From positions 256,001 through 320,000 of the forward strand of contig CAVQFQ010000017.1 in NCBI GenBank assembly GCA_963711835.1: 64,000 nt of DNA, written 5' to 3'. The DNA is from an uncultured delta proteobacterium (GTDB lineage: Bacteria; Desulfobacterota; RBG-13-43-22). The notes below the pieces were generated by a model. The model worked only from the letters and a program-made list of their open reading frames with translations, was not told where the DNA came from and did not search any database. The translations under genes were made by a program, and so were the position numbers. The stretch's first letter is position 1. Each line of letters starts with the position of its first letter. Below are positions 24,128-33,455 of this stretch, one piece after another.

Positions 24128-25935
24128 CCGCTCGGTTATCCGAAGCCGATACCATTCCCCGGCTGTTCTGGAAGCGGGTTGCCCAGTGGTCGGACCGCAC
24201 GGCGTTACGGGAGAAGGTCTACGGCATCTGGCGGGAGATCACCTGGCGCGAATACGGTCTGAAGGCCAGGCAGGCCGGGCTTGGACTTGTGGCGCTGGGT
24301 CTGGAGCCGGGCGACCGGGTAGCCATCATCAGCGAGAACAACCCGGAATGGCTGTACAGTGACATGGGCATTCTGGCCGTCGGCGGCGTGACGGTGGGCA
24401 TCTACCCCACCGATTCCCCGAACCAGGTTGAATATGTCCTCAACCACAGCGGGGCCAAATTTTACATTGCCGAAGATGAAGAGCAATTAGACAAAATCCT
24501 GGAGATCCGCGGAAATATCCCCCAGCTTCAAAAAATCGTCATCATGGACATGGAAGGACTGCGCCATTTTTCCGATCCCATGGCCTTACCTTTCGCTGAA
24601 TTAATGGAGCGGGGGAAACAACTGGACCGGAAGGATCCCGGACTTTTCCCAAGGCGGCTTCAGGAGCCGCAACCCGAAGACCTGGCCATTCTCATTTACA
24701 CCTCCGGCACCACCGGTCCGCCGAAAGGCGCCATGATTTCCCATCGGAACATTATCAGCACCATGGAGATGCAGGAGGCGGTCAATCCGGGGCTTGAAAA
24801 CGACGAAGTCCTCTCTTTCCTGCCGCTCTGCCACATCGCCCAGCGCATGGTCTCCGTATATAATCCTTTGTTGGCCGGGTATAGGATCAACTTTGTCGAA
24901 GAACTGGATACCATTCCGGAAAATATGCGAGAAGTTTCACCCACTGTTTTTTTCGCCGTGCCGCGCATCTGGGAGAAATTCTATTCCTCTCTGGTGCTGA
25001 CCATGAAGGATTCGACCTCCCTGGAAAAGCTGGCTTTCCGGTGGGCCACAGGCATCGGCCGGAAAATCTCGGACTATCGGCTGAACCGATCCGAACCGCC
25101 CCTTTATCTGAAGGCGCTTTTTAAGCTGGCGGACTGGACGGTGTTGAAGAACCTCAAAAAGATACTGGGGCTCAACCGGGCACGCTACTGCCTTTCCGGG
25201 GCCGCCCCCATAGCGCCCGACTTGTTGAAATTTTATCACGGCCTGGGCATCGATGTGAGGGAGGTCTACGGACAAACGGAAAACTGCGGTCCCACCTCGA
25301 TTCATTATGATAACGATGTTCGCTTCGGCACGGTCGGCAAGCCGCTGCCCGGGGCCCAGATCCGGATTGCCGAGGACGGTGAAATTCTCCTGAAAGGCCC
25401 CCATGTCTTCATGGGCTACTACCAGGATCCTGAAAAGACCCGGGAAACCATCGTTGACGGCTGGTTGCATACCGGAGATGTGGGCCGGATCGACGAGGCC
25501 GGTCACCTGGTCATAACGGACCGGAAGAAAGATATTATCATCACCGCCGGGGGAAAGAACATCACCCCCTCGGAAATCGAAAACCAGCTTAAATTCAGTC
25601 CCTACATCAATGATGCGGTGGTTATCGGGGACGGGCGGAAGTATCTGACGGCCCTGATCATGGTCGATGATGAAAATGTGATGAAATATGCCCAGGACAA
25701 CCGGGTTCCCTTTACCACCTATGCCAGTTTAACCAGGGCCAAAGAAATCATCGAGCTGATCCAGAAGGAGGTGGATGAAGTCAATAAAAAATTTGCCCGG
25801 GTGGAGACCATCAAAAAATTTCGCCTGATGGACATCCAGTTGACCACCGACGATGAAGAGATCACGCCTACGATGAAACTGAAGCGGAAGTTTATCAATG
25901 AAAAGTTCCGGGAGGTTATTGAGTCCATGTATTAG
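24118..25935 (+). CDS. Long-chain acyl-CoA synthetase
   Basis: YTSGTTGPPKG, YGQTE, WLHTGD, TPTMKLKR. Confidence 0.93.
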   Translation: MALTARLSEADTIPRLFWKRVAQWSDRTALREKVYGIWREITWREYGLKARQAGLGLVALGLEPGDRVAIISENNPEWLYSDMGILAVGGVTVGIYPTDSPNQVEYVLNHSGAKFYIAEDEEQLDKILEIRGNIPQLQKIVIMDMEGLRHFSDPMALPFAELMERGKQLDRKDPGLFPRRLQEPQPEDLAILIYTSGTTGPPKGAMISHRNIISTMEMQEAVNPGLENDEVLSFLPLCHIAQRMVSVYNPLLAGYRINFVEELDTIPENMREVSPTVFFAVPRIWEKFYSSLVLTMKDSTSLEKLAFRWATGIGRKISDYRLNRSEPPLYLKALFKLADWTVLKNLKKILGLNRARYCLSGAAPIAPDLLKFYHGLGIDVREVYGQTENCGPTSIHYDNDVRFGTVGKPLPGAQIRIAEDGEILLKGPHVFMGYYQDPEKTRETIVDGWLHTGDVGRIDEAGHLVITDRKKDIIITAGGKNITPSEIENQLKFSPYINDAVVIGDGRKYLTALIMVDDENVMKYAQDNRVPFTTYASLTRAKEIIELIQKEVDEVNKKFARVETIKKFRLMDIQLTTDDEEITPTMKLKRKFINEKFREVIESMY

Positions 25936-25996
25936 TACCGTTGAAATAAATTTGTTGTTTTTTCGGTAAAGCATTTTTCAGGACCGCTAAGACAAA

Positions 25997-26119
25997 AAGC
26001 ACGAAACAAATTCAAATGACCAAATTTCAAAATTCGAGAAATTTTTGTTTTAGTCATTTAGATTTTGGACCTTTGTGCTTGTTTCGGATTTCGGATTTCG
26101 TGCTTCGAGTTTCGAATTT
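25997..26119. repeat. Imperfect palindromic short-unit repeat in spacer
   Basis: aagcacgaaacaaattcaaatgacc... facing ...gtcatttag...ttcggat ttcggat ttcgtgc ttcgagt ttcgaat. Confidence 0.7.
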
Positions 26120-26190
26120 ATAGATTTTCTCGTTGAATGGTTAGAGAAAAATTCTCAGAAAATACGTAAGAATCTAACAGGAGGTGTATC

Positions 26191-27372
26191 ATGAAAAAGG
26201 TATTTTGGACAGGACTGTTGGTTTTAGTGATGGGCTTGGGGTTTTCCGGACTGGTGATGGCCGAAGAAGGGGTGACGGATACCGAGATTGTCATCGGATC
26301 CCATCAGGATCTGAGCGGACCTATCGCCGGTTGGGGGACCCAGACCAAATTGGGGTTGGAGATGCGAGCCCGGGAGATTAACGAGGCCGGGGGAATTCAC
26401 GGCAGAAAAATCCACCTGGTGATCGAGGATAGCGCCTATGATCCCAAAAAGGCCATCATGGTGACCAACAAGATGATCACCCGGGACAAGGTCTTTGCCT
26501 TTGTCGGCAACATGGGATCCCCCACGGCCGGGGCCACCAAACCGATCATTTCCGCTAAAAAAATCCCCCAGATGTTACCTCTTACGGCGGCCTCATTATT
26601 TTTTGATCCTTATGACCGTTACAGCTTTGGCGGTTTTGTCCCTTATTATGATCAGGCCAGGTGCATCGTCAAGTATTTCGTGGAAAAGAAAGGCACCACC
26701 AAAATCGGCCTCTTGTACCAGGATGACGAAATGGGGGCCATCATGAAAAAGGGGGTGGAGGACCAACTGGCGGTTCATAAACTGAAAATGACCGCTGCGG
26801 AATCCTATAAACGGGGGGATACGGATTTCAGCTCCCAGATCGCCAAGCTCAAAAAGGCCGAGGTCCAGCTCGTGGTCCTGGCCACAGTCATTCGTGAAAC
26901 CGTCGGGGCCCTCAAGGAGGCCAAGAAAATCAACTGGAATGTGGATATGGCCGGTATGTCTCCTTCCTTTCTTCATATGGTCATTGACCTGTGCCTCAAG
27001 GCCGGTTTCTCTCCGGACGGCTATTATGCCACGAACCATTCCCCCTATATCTATCCGGAAAGCCCCCTTGCTTCGGTTCGGGCCTTTTATAAAAAACACA
27101 GGGAATGGTTTGGAAAAGATCCCGACATGCCCACCACAGCCGGCTACGCGGGAATAGACTTTTTCGCCAAGGTCGCTGCCAAGGTGGGCAAGGACCTGAC
27201 CCGGGAAAAATGGATCGATGCCGCCGAACATTACGGGGTGTATAAGGATGAGAATTTCGGCGGGGTTGATATCCAGTTTACGACCACCAACCACCAGGGG
27301 GCCTTCGGTGCCATCCTGACCCAGGTGCAGGGCAACAAGTTCGTCAAGATAGCCGATGTGAGTTATAGATAA
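26191..27372 (+). CDS. ABC substrate-binding protein (LivK-like)
   Basis: Signal peptide, GVTDTEIVIG, INEAGGIHGRKI..ED.AYDP. Confidence 0.92.
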   Translation: MKKVFWTGLLVLVMGLGFSGLVMAEEGVTDTEIVIGSHQDLSGPIAGWGTQTKLGLEMRAREINEAGGIHGRKIHLVIEDSAYDPKKAIMVTNKMITRDKVFAFVGNMGSPTAGATKPIISAKKIPQMLPLTAASLFFDPYDRYSFGGFVPYYDQARCIVKYFVEKKGTTKIGLLYQDDEMGAIMKKGVEDQLAVHKLKMTAAESYKRGDTDFSSQIAKLKKAEVQLVVLATVIRETVGALKEAKKINWNVDMAGMSPSFLHMVIDLCLKAGFSPDGYYATNHSPYIYPESPLASVRAFYKKHREWFGKDPDMPTTAGYAGIDFFAKVAAKVGKDLTREKWIDAAEHYGVYKDENFGGVDIQFTTTNHQGAFGAILTQVQGNKFVKIADVSYR

Positions 27373-27377
27373 TTTGG

Positions 27378-29084
27378 TTAAAACTCCAAGCCCAGTTTTT
27401 TGAGGGCGGCCACGCCGCCCTGAAGATTCAGGCAGTCTCCTAGACCGGACCGATCGAGGGTGATCTGGGCCTCGTAGGAACGCACTCCGGTGTTGCAGAC
27501 CAGGATCAACTGTTTGTCCCTGGGTACTTCGGTCAGCCGTTGTTGGAGCTGATCCTGAGGGATGCTTTTCCAGATCTCGGGATATTTTTGGACAAACGGT
27601 TCGGCGTTCCCCCAGCCCCGGCAATCCAGAAAGAGGAACCGGTCAGGGTCTTTTTGTTTCCACAGTTCCAGCACCTGTTCCGGATTGATGGTTCGATTTT
27701 TGCCGGCCAGGATATTTTCCGCGGTGTTGCCGAGGGCGTTCAGGATGTCCATGGCCGCTGAAAAGGGCGGTGAATAGGGGAGCTCCAGGTTGCTGATCTC
27801 GGAAACATGGGGCGTTTGATGCAGCAGTCCGGCCACGGCGCAGAGGCGGGCGAAGAGCCCGTCGCCCCGGTTGCCCAGACCCTGGACACCCAGGACCCGG
27901 CCGCCGGCCTTTTCGACCACGATTTCCAGGTACATGAGATCCTTATCCGGAAAGAAATGGGCCCGGTCGAGCTGGACCACAAAGGCGCTGATAGCCTCGA
28001 AGCCTTCCTGTTCGGCTTTCCGGAGAGACAACCCGCAGCCGCCCACGGAGAGCTCAAACAGCTTCAGGATAAAGCTGCCCACGGCCCCTTTGAAAACCGC
28101 TTTCCCTCCGGCCAGGTTGGTGCCGATGACCCGCCCCTGCCGGTTGGCCAGGGAGCCGAAGGGAAAAAATCCCGGTTTCCCAGTAACCAGGTTCGGAACG
28201 GTCACACAATCCCCTCCGGCATAAATGTCCGGGTCCGAGGTCTGAAGAAATTCATTGACCCGGATGGCACCGGAAGGGGCCAGCTCCAGACCGGCTTGCC
28301 GGGCCAGGTCGCTGTTGGGGTTGACCCCGATGGAGACAATCACCAGGTCGGCCTCCAGGCTTTGTTTCCGGGTGACGACCCGTTCGACCCTTTCCCGTCC
28401 TTCGAATCGCAGGACTTCGTCACTAAGATCAAGGACCACCCCTTTTTCCTCCAGATGGTGCTGGGCCATCCCGGCCAGGGTCGGGCTGATCAGGTCCGGC
28501 AGAATCTGGTCCTGCATCTCCACCACGGTAGTCTCGATGCCCCAGAGATCGGCCAGGGCCTCGGCCATTTCCAGGCCGATCGGACCGGCCCCGATAATAA
28601 CCGCCCGCTCTACTCGGCCCTGGGAGATTTCCTCCTTGATCCGGATCGGCTCCACCAGGCCGGTGATGGAATAGATGCCTTTCAATCCGGCTCCTTCTAT
28701 CGGTAATTTTCGCGGGCTGCTGCCGGTGGCGATGACCAAGCGGTCATAATCGAGCCGAATGTGCTCACCGGTTTCCAGCCGCTCGATCAGGATATTTTTC
28801 TGTTTTCGATCTATCTCCAAGGCCCGGGTTTGGGTTAAGACCTCAATCCCTTTGGCTTCCCTGAAAAAATTTTTATCCCGCAGCATGTGAAAGCTGGTGG
28901 TCTGGAGCTGATCCGGGTCGCTGACATCCCCGGAGATATAGAAGGGGATTCCGCAGCCTCCGTAAGAAATACGGTCGGATTGATCCAGCATGATGACGCG
29001 GGAGTCGGGCTCCAGCCTTTTGAAACGACAGGCGGCTTTGGGGCCCAAGGCTACGGCCCCGATAATGACTATGGTTTGAGCCAT
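27378..29084 (-). CDS. CoA-disulfide/persulfide reductase with C-terminal rhodanese domain
   Basis: SYGGCGIP, GAGPIGLE, YSPPFS, rhodanese CNTGVRS. Confidence 0.9.
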   Translation of the reverse strand: MAQTIVIIGAVALGPKAACRFKRLEPDSRVIMLDQSDRISYGGCGIPFYISGDVSDPDQLQTTSFHMLRDKNFFREAKGIEVLTQTRALEIDRKQKNILIERLETGEHIRLDYDRLVIATGSSPRKLPIEGAGLKGIYSITGLVEPIRIKEEISQGRVERAVIIGAGPIGLEMAEALADLWGIETTVVEMQDQILPDLISPTLAGMAQHHLEEKGVVLDLSDEVLRFEGRERVERVVTRKQSLEADLVIVSIGVNPNSDLARQAGLELAPSGAIRVNEFLQTSDPDIYAGGDCVTVPNLVTGKPGFFPFGSLANRQGRVIGTNLAGGKAVFKGAVGSFILKLFELSVGGCGLSLRKAEQEGFEAISAFVVQLDRAHFFPDKDLMYLEIVVEKAGGRVLGVQGLGNRGDGLFARLCAVAGLLHQTPHVSEISNLELPYSPPFSAAMDILNALGNTAENILAGKNRTINPEQVLELWKQKDPDRFLFLDCRGWGNAEPFVQKYPEIWKSIPQDQLQQRLTEVPRDKQLILVCNTGVRSYEAQITLDRSGLGDCLNLQGGVAALKKLGLEF

Positions 29085-29140
29085 GTGAAAAACCTCCTCA
29101 AAAATAAAGGCCAACATTCAAAATATAGAGTTTGTCATAG

Positions 29141-29714
29141 TTACCTGATTTTTGAGCACTCCATTCATAGAGGGCTTCGGGGGTCTTGATTTCAGGGCTG
29201 TCCAATCAATCCGCCTGGACGGACGGAATTCAAAAGTCGGACGGAAAAACAGTCCCCAAATATACCAGAAGACCTCTTTGAAGGACAGGATAAAGGATTA
29301 AGCCCCAGCGGGAAAATTTTTCAGGGCCGGCGATACGGTTCGATTCTCCGGGTAAGGGAAAGGGACCCTGCCGGGATAGTTATTTATCCATGACAGAAAT
29401 TGCCCGTCTTTGATATACTGGTGGAAAACGGTCCATCTCTCACTCTTGGAGTTTGTCCCAACTTTACGTGATTTTTAAACACTCCATATCATAGAGGGCT
29501 TCGGGGGTCTTGATTTCAAGGATTGTCCGCCAAAACGCCGGCAGTTTGAACCCGGGCAGGAAGTTTATAATGGGGTTTAGAAACAGGCCAACACCAAAGT
29601 GATTTGTCGTCTTGGGTGAATGCCCGGCTCCCAACCAACTTAGAAATTCGGGCCGGGTTGGGGCTGCGGATTACCTTTCGGACAACCTTGAAATCAAGAC
29701 CCCCGAAGCCCTTT
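29141..29714. repeat. Three-copy repeat: direct at 29141-29203 and 29464-29528, inverted at 29680-29714
   Basis: Identical 24-bp core AGGGCTTCGGGGGTCTTGATTTCA in all three. Confidence 0.85.
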
Positions 29715-29799
29715 CGGTTTGAGAATGACGTAACTTTGGGACTATCTCTGCTCTCGTGTCCAACAGTGATGGTTCAGGCAGATTTTCTTCCGACAAAAA

Positions 29800-30171
29800 A
29801 TGAAACTTGACCTCGAAGAATTTGAAAAGCTGGTTTCCCGGGCTCTCGTAGAGATCCCCCCGGTTTTTCTGGAAAAATTGGAGAACCTGGAAATAATAGT
29901 CGAGGAAGAACCTTCTTCGGAGGTTTTGGAAAGCCTGGGATTGAATCAGGGGGAACTCCTTTTTGGACTATACCAAGGGGTCCCGAGGCCCGATAAAAGC
30001 TTCTTTCAAGTCACCCTCCTGCCGGATCGGATTACCCTCTTTCGCCTCCCCCTTCTAAAGGCCTGCCGTACTAAAAAGGAAATCATGGATCAGATCGGAA
30101 AAACCGTGGTCCATGAAATAGCCCATTATTTCGGATTTTCGGAGCAGGAGATCCGGAAGCTGGGCTATTGA
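29800..30171 (+). CDS. Minimal zincin-like metallopeptidase
   Basis: LFGLYQGVP, PDRITLFR, VVHEIAHYFG. Confidence 0.88.
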   Translation: MKLDLEEFEKLVSRALVEIPPVFLEKLENLEIIVEEEPSSEVLESLGLNQGELLFGLYQGVPRPDKSFFQVTLLPDRITLFRLPLLKACRTKKEIMDQIGKTVVHEIAHYFGFSEQEIRKLGY

Positions 30172-30326
30172 AGGCCGGTTTAGCGGTTCTTCGGGAAGGG
30201 CGGGGACCGGGAGCTTTTCTGTTTGACAAGGGGCGGTTGCCTTTACTATAGTTTTTTTCAAGGCGGCTATCTGCGCTTTTCCTCGCCCCTTTCTCACACC
30301 AGTTACTCATAAAAACCATCAAGGAG

Positions 30327-31274
30327 GTGGGTATGGGCCTTCAGGACCAACCCCAGGCGGCCATCCTGGTCATTGATGATGAACCGATCGTCCATGAAAG
30401 TATCCAACGCATCCTTTCCGAAGAAGGCTATCTGGTAGACGGCGACCTGCGGGTCAAAGATGCCATGGAAAGGTTGAAAAAAACCCCTTATGACCTGGTA
30501 TTGACCGACTTGATGATGCCGGAACAGAACGGGCTCGAAGCCGTGAAGGCCATCGGCCGGGAACATCCGGGCATCGGCGTCGTTATGTTTACCGGCTATC
30601 CCAATGTCGATTCCGCCGTGGAATCGATCAAATTAGGCTCCCTGGATTATCTGCCCAAACCCTTTACCCCGGACGAGCTGATTGCGGTCGTGGTCCGGTC
30701 TCTGGAGAAGGTCCAAAAAGCCAGGAGAGACCGGGAATTGGAGCAGCTTTTTGTCGAGGCCGAAAAGGCTATCCAATCGAGTCTCGATCTTAAGGAAGTC
30801 CTTCAGATTATCAACACCAATATCGTCCGCATCTTCCGGGCCAAGGGAAGTTCGGTTTTTTTGTACAACAAGAGAACCAATTCCCTGGACCTGAACTCCA
30901 CCTGCGGACTGAGTGACGGCTATTTGAAAAAAGGACAACTCGATGCGGCCAGGAGCATCCCGGAAGTATTGGCCTCCAACGAACCGGTTTGCATCGAGGC
31001 TGCCCTCTTTGATCAACATCTCCAATATCCGGAGGAGGCCCGAAAAGAAGGCCTCTCGGCGATTTTATCCTTGCCCCTCGGAATAGACGAAAAACCCTTG
31101 GGCGTCCTGCGCCTGTACCGGGCCGATGCCCGGTCTTTTAATGCGGAAGAAATCACCCTCTTGAAAAGACTGGCCGACCTGGCGGCCCGGGCCATCCAGA
31201 ATGCCAAGTCCTTTCAGCGGATCCGGCATGATATGGAAGAATTAAAAAAATACATCCCCAATGCCAAAGATTGA
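30327..31274 (+). CDS. Response regulator, REC-GAF
   Basis: IDDE..TDLMMP..TG..PKPF followed by a GAF domain. Confidence 0.85.
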   Translation: MGMGLQDQPQAAILVIDDEPIVHESIQRILSEEGYLVDGDLRVKDAMERLKKTPYDLVLTDLMMPEQNGLEAVKAIGREHPGIGVVMFTGYPNVDSAVESIKLGSLDYLPKPFTPDELIAVVVRSLEKVQKARRDRELEQLFVEAEKAIQSSLDLKEVLQIINTNIVRIFRAKGSSVFLYNKRTNSLDLNSTCGLSDGYLKKGQLDAARSIPEVLASNEPVCIEAALFDQHLQYPEEARKEGLSAILSLPLGIDEKPLGVLRLYRADARSFNAEEITLLKRLADLAARAIQNAKSFQRIRHDMEELKKYIPNAKD

Positions 31275-31403
31275 CAAGTCGGATATCATCCCGACTGCCC
31301 ATATACACAAGACCTCAAAAGCCATCAAGGATGGAATGGTTTATTAATCACCCAAGGTAGGGATAACCCCTATTTTTATCGGATTTATAAAGGAAGGAAT
31401 ACC

Positions 31404-32351
31404 ATGAGCGGAGAGGTGAAAGGCAGGATTCTAATCGCGGATGCCGAACAGGCCTTCCAGGACGGCCTCATCCCGGCCCTGAGGAAGGAAGGCTACCGGG
31501 TGTTTGGTTGCGGAACCGGCGCCCAGGCCTTGGAGCTTCAAAAAAGCGAATCCTTTGATGTCCTGATCGTGGATTGGAAACTGCCGGACCTGGAGGGGCT
31601 GCAGATTATGGAGGCAGCCCGGCAGCAAGATGCCGCAATTTCCATGATAATGACCACCTATCAGTCTGATGTGGACTCGGCTGTAAAAACCATGAAACTG
31701 GGAGCGGCGGATTACCTTGCCAAACCGATTTCTCCGAACCAAGTCCTTAATCTGGTAAACCAGATCATGGAGGGGCGAAGGGTTTTGGCCGAAAAAGCCG
31801 AGAGAGAGCGTTCCTTTGAAGCCCTTAAAAAGGAAATCGCCTCCACCCTAAGCCTTCAAGAGGTGCTCACCCTCCTAGCCAAGGGCGTGGTGCGCATCAT
31901 GGGAGTCAAAGGCAGCACCTTAAGCCTGGTCGGGAAATTTCAAGCCGAGCTGCGACTCATGGCTTCCGAGGGATTGAGCCCCCGATATTTAGAAAAAGGG
32001 CCCATCGATCTGGTCAAGAGCATCGGTGAAACGATCCTGAAGGGGGAACATGTCCTGATCGAAGATGCCTCAAGGGATTCCCGGGTGCAATATCCGGAAG
32101 AGGCCCGTAAGGAGGGGATCGTTTCCATCCTGAGTATTCCCATGAAAGTGAAAGGCCGGGTCATGGGTGCCCTGCGCTTGTATACGGCTGAACCGCGTGC
32201 TTTTTCACAGGAGGAGCACCTGTTTCTCTTCGGCTTTGCCGAGCAGGGGGCCTTGGCGGTCCAACGGGCCCGATCCTACGAAGAGGCCCAGCTCGAATAT
32301 GAGTCCCTTCGTGAAAGCATCTGGGATTACTTTGACGACGGCTGGACGTAA
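31404..32351 (+). CDS. Response regulator, REC-GAF (paralog)
   Basis: VDWKLP, AKP; GAF shares QYPEEARKEG with the previous gene. Confidence 0.85.
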   Translation: MSGEVKGRILIADAEQAFQDGLIPALRKEGYRVFGCGTGAQALELQKSESFDVLIVDWKLPDLEGLQIMEAARQQDAAISMIMTTYQSDVDSAVKTMKLGAADYLAKPISPNQVLNLVNQIMEGRRVLAEKAERERSFEALKKEIASTLSLQEVLTLLAKGVVRIMGVKGSTLSLVGKFQAELRLMASEGLSPRYLEKGPIDLVKSIGETILKGEHVLIEDASRDSRVQYPEEARKEGIVSILSIPMKVKGRVMGALRLYTAEPRAFSQEEHLFLFGFAEQGALAVQRARSYEEAQLEYESLRESIWDYFDDGWT

Positions 32352-33455
32352 ATGGAGATCATCAAAAGCCCGGCTTTTTGGGAAAATATCATTGAAAGCT
32401 CTCCGGATGCCATCGTGGCCATTAGAAAAGGCGGCGATATCATCATCTTCAATTCGGCGGCCGAGAAGCTCCTGGGATACCAAAAGATGGAGGTCATGGG
32501 GAAAATGAACATCGTCTCTCTTTATCCCTATGAGATGGCCAAGAAGATCATGAAAGACCTGCGCTCCGAAGACTTCGGGGGGCCCGGGACACTGCTCAAG
32601 CGGGAAATGGAATTACTGGACCAGGAGGGGAAAACCATCCCGGTGTATATTTCAGCAGCCATCCTATACCATAACGGCCAGGAAATAGGATCGGTGGGCA
32701 TCTTTACCGACCTCCGGGAAAAGAAAAGACTGGAGAAGCAGTTGCTGCGAACGGAAAAACTTTCCTCCCTGGGCAAACTATCAGCCGGCATTGCCCACGA
32801 AATCAACCAGCCTTTGACCGGTGTCCTGACCTTTGCCCATCTTCTTTTGAAAAAATTTAAAGAGGATGAAAAGACCCGCCGGGACCTGGAGGTCATCGTC
32901 CGGGAGACGACCCGCATCAAAAACATCGTCCAGGGGATTCTGGATTTCAGCCAGGAGAGGGCCATGCAGAAGCGGGCGCGGCGCATCGAGGAGATCCTGG
33001 ATGATACCCTGGAAATCATCATTCATCAGGAAAAATTTTTCGGGATTAAGCTGGCGAAACAGTACAGCCCCAATGTTCCCCTGATCGTCGTGGACGAAAA
33101 CCGCATCGAGCAGGTCTTCCTGAATATCATCTTTAATGCCCTGGAGGCCATGAAAGGATCAGGCACCTTGGTGATCAAGACCCGCAAGAGCGACCATTGT
33201 GTGGAGATTGATTTTTCCGATACCGGGCCTGGCATTCCTGAAGCCATCCTGGACAGGATCTTCGATCCTTTCTTTTCCACCAAGGAGTCCACGGAAGGCC
33301 TGGGCATGGGGCTGGGGCTGGCCGTGAGCTATGGGATCATTAAAAACCACAACGGCGATATCCAAGTGACGAGCACACCCGGGAAAGGGACCACCTTTAC
33401 CATCCGCCTTCCCCTTCAGGAGAAAGACGAAGGCTTGGAGAGGGTGGTTTGCTGA
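32352..33455 (+). CDS. Cytoplasmic PAS histidine kinase
   Basis: PAS, AHEINQP, N box, DTGPG, F box, GMGLGL. Confidence 0.93.
   Translation: MEIIKSPAFWENIIESSPDAIVAIRKGGDIIIFNSAAEKLLGYQKMEVMGKMNIVSLYPYEMAKKIMKDLRSEDFGGPGTLLKREMELLDQEGKTIPVYISAAILYHNGQEIGSVGIFTDLREKKRLEKQLLRTEKLSSLGKLSAGIAHEINQPLTGVLTFAHLLLKKFKEDEKTRRDLEVIVRETTRIKNIVQGILDFSQERAMQKRARRIEEILDDTLEIIIHQEKFFGIKLAKQYSPNVPLIVVDENRIEQVFLNIIFNALEAMKGSGTLVIKTRKSDHCVEIDFSDTGPGIPEAILDRIFDPFFSTKESTEGLGMGLGLAVSYGIIKNHNGDIQVTSTPGKGTTFTIRLPLQEKDEGLERVVC

Noticed and set aside
26596-28706. Long antisense ORFs (26596-27624, 27807-28706; also 62225-63172)
   Set aside because: Opposite well-supported genes, no motifs; expected in GC-rich DNA
29141-29714. 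Possible CRISPR array
   Set aside because: Only three copies, one inverted, gaps of 150-260 bp, no cas genes
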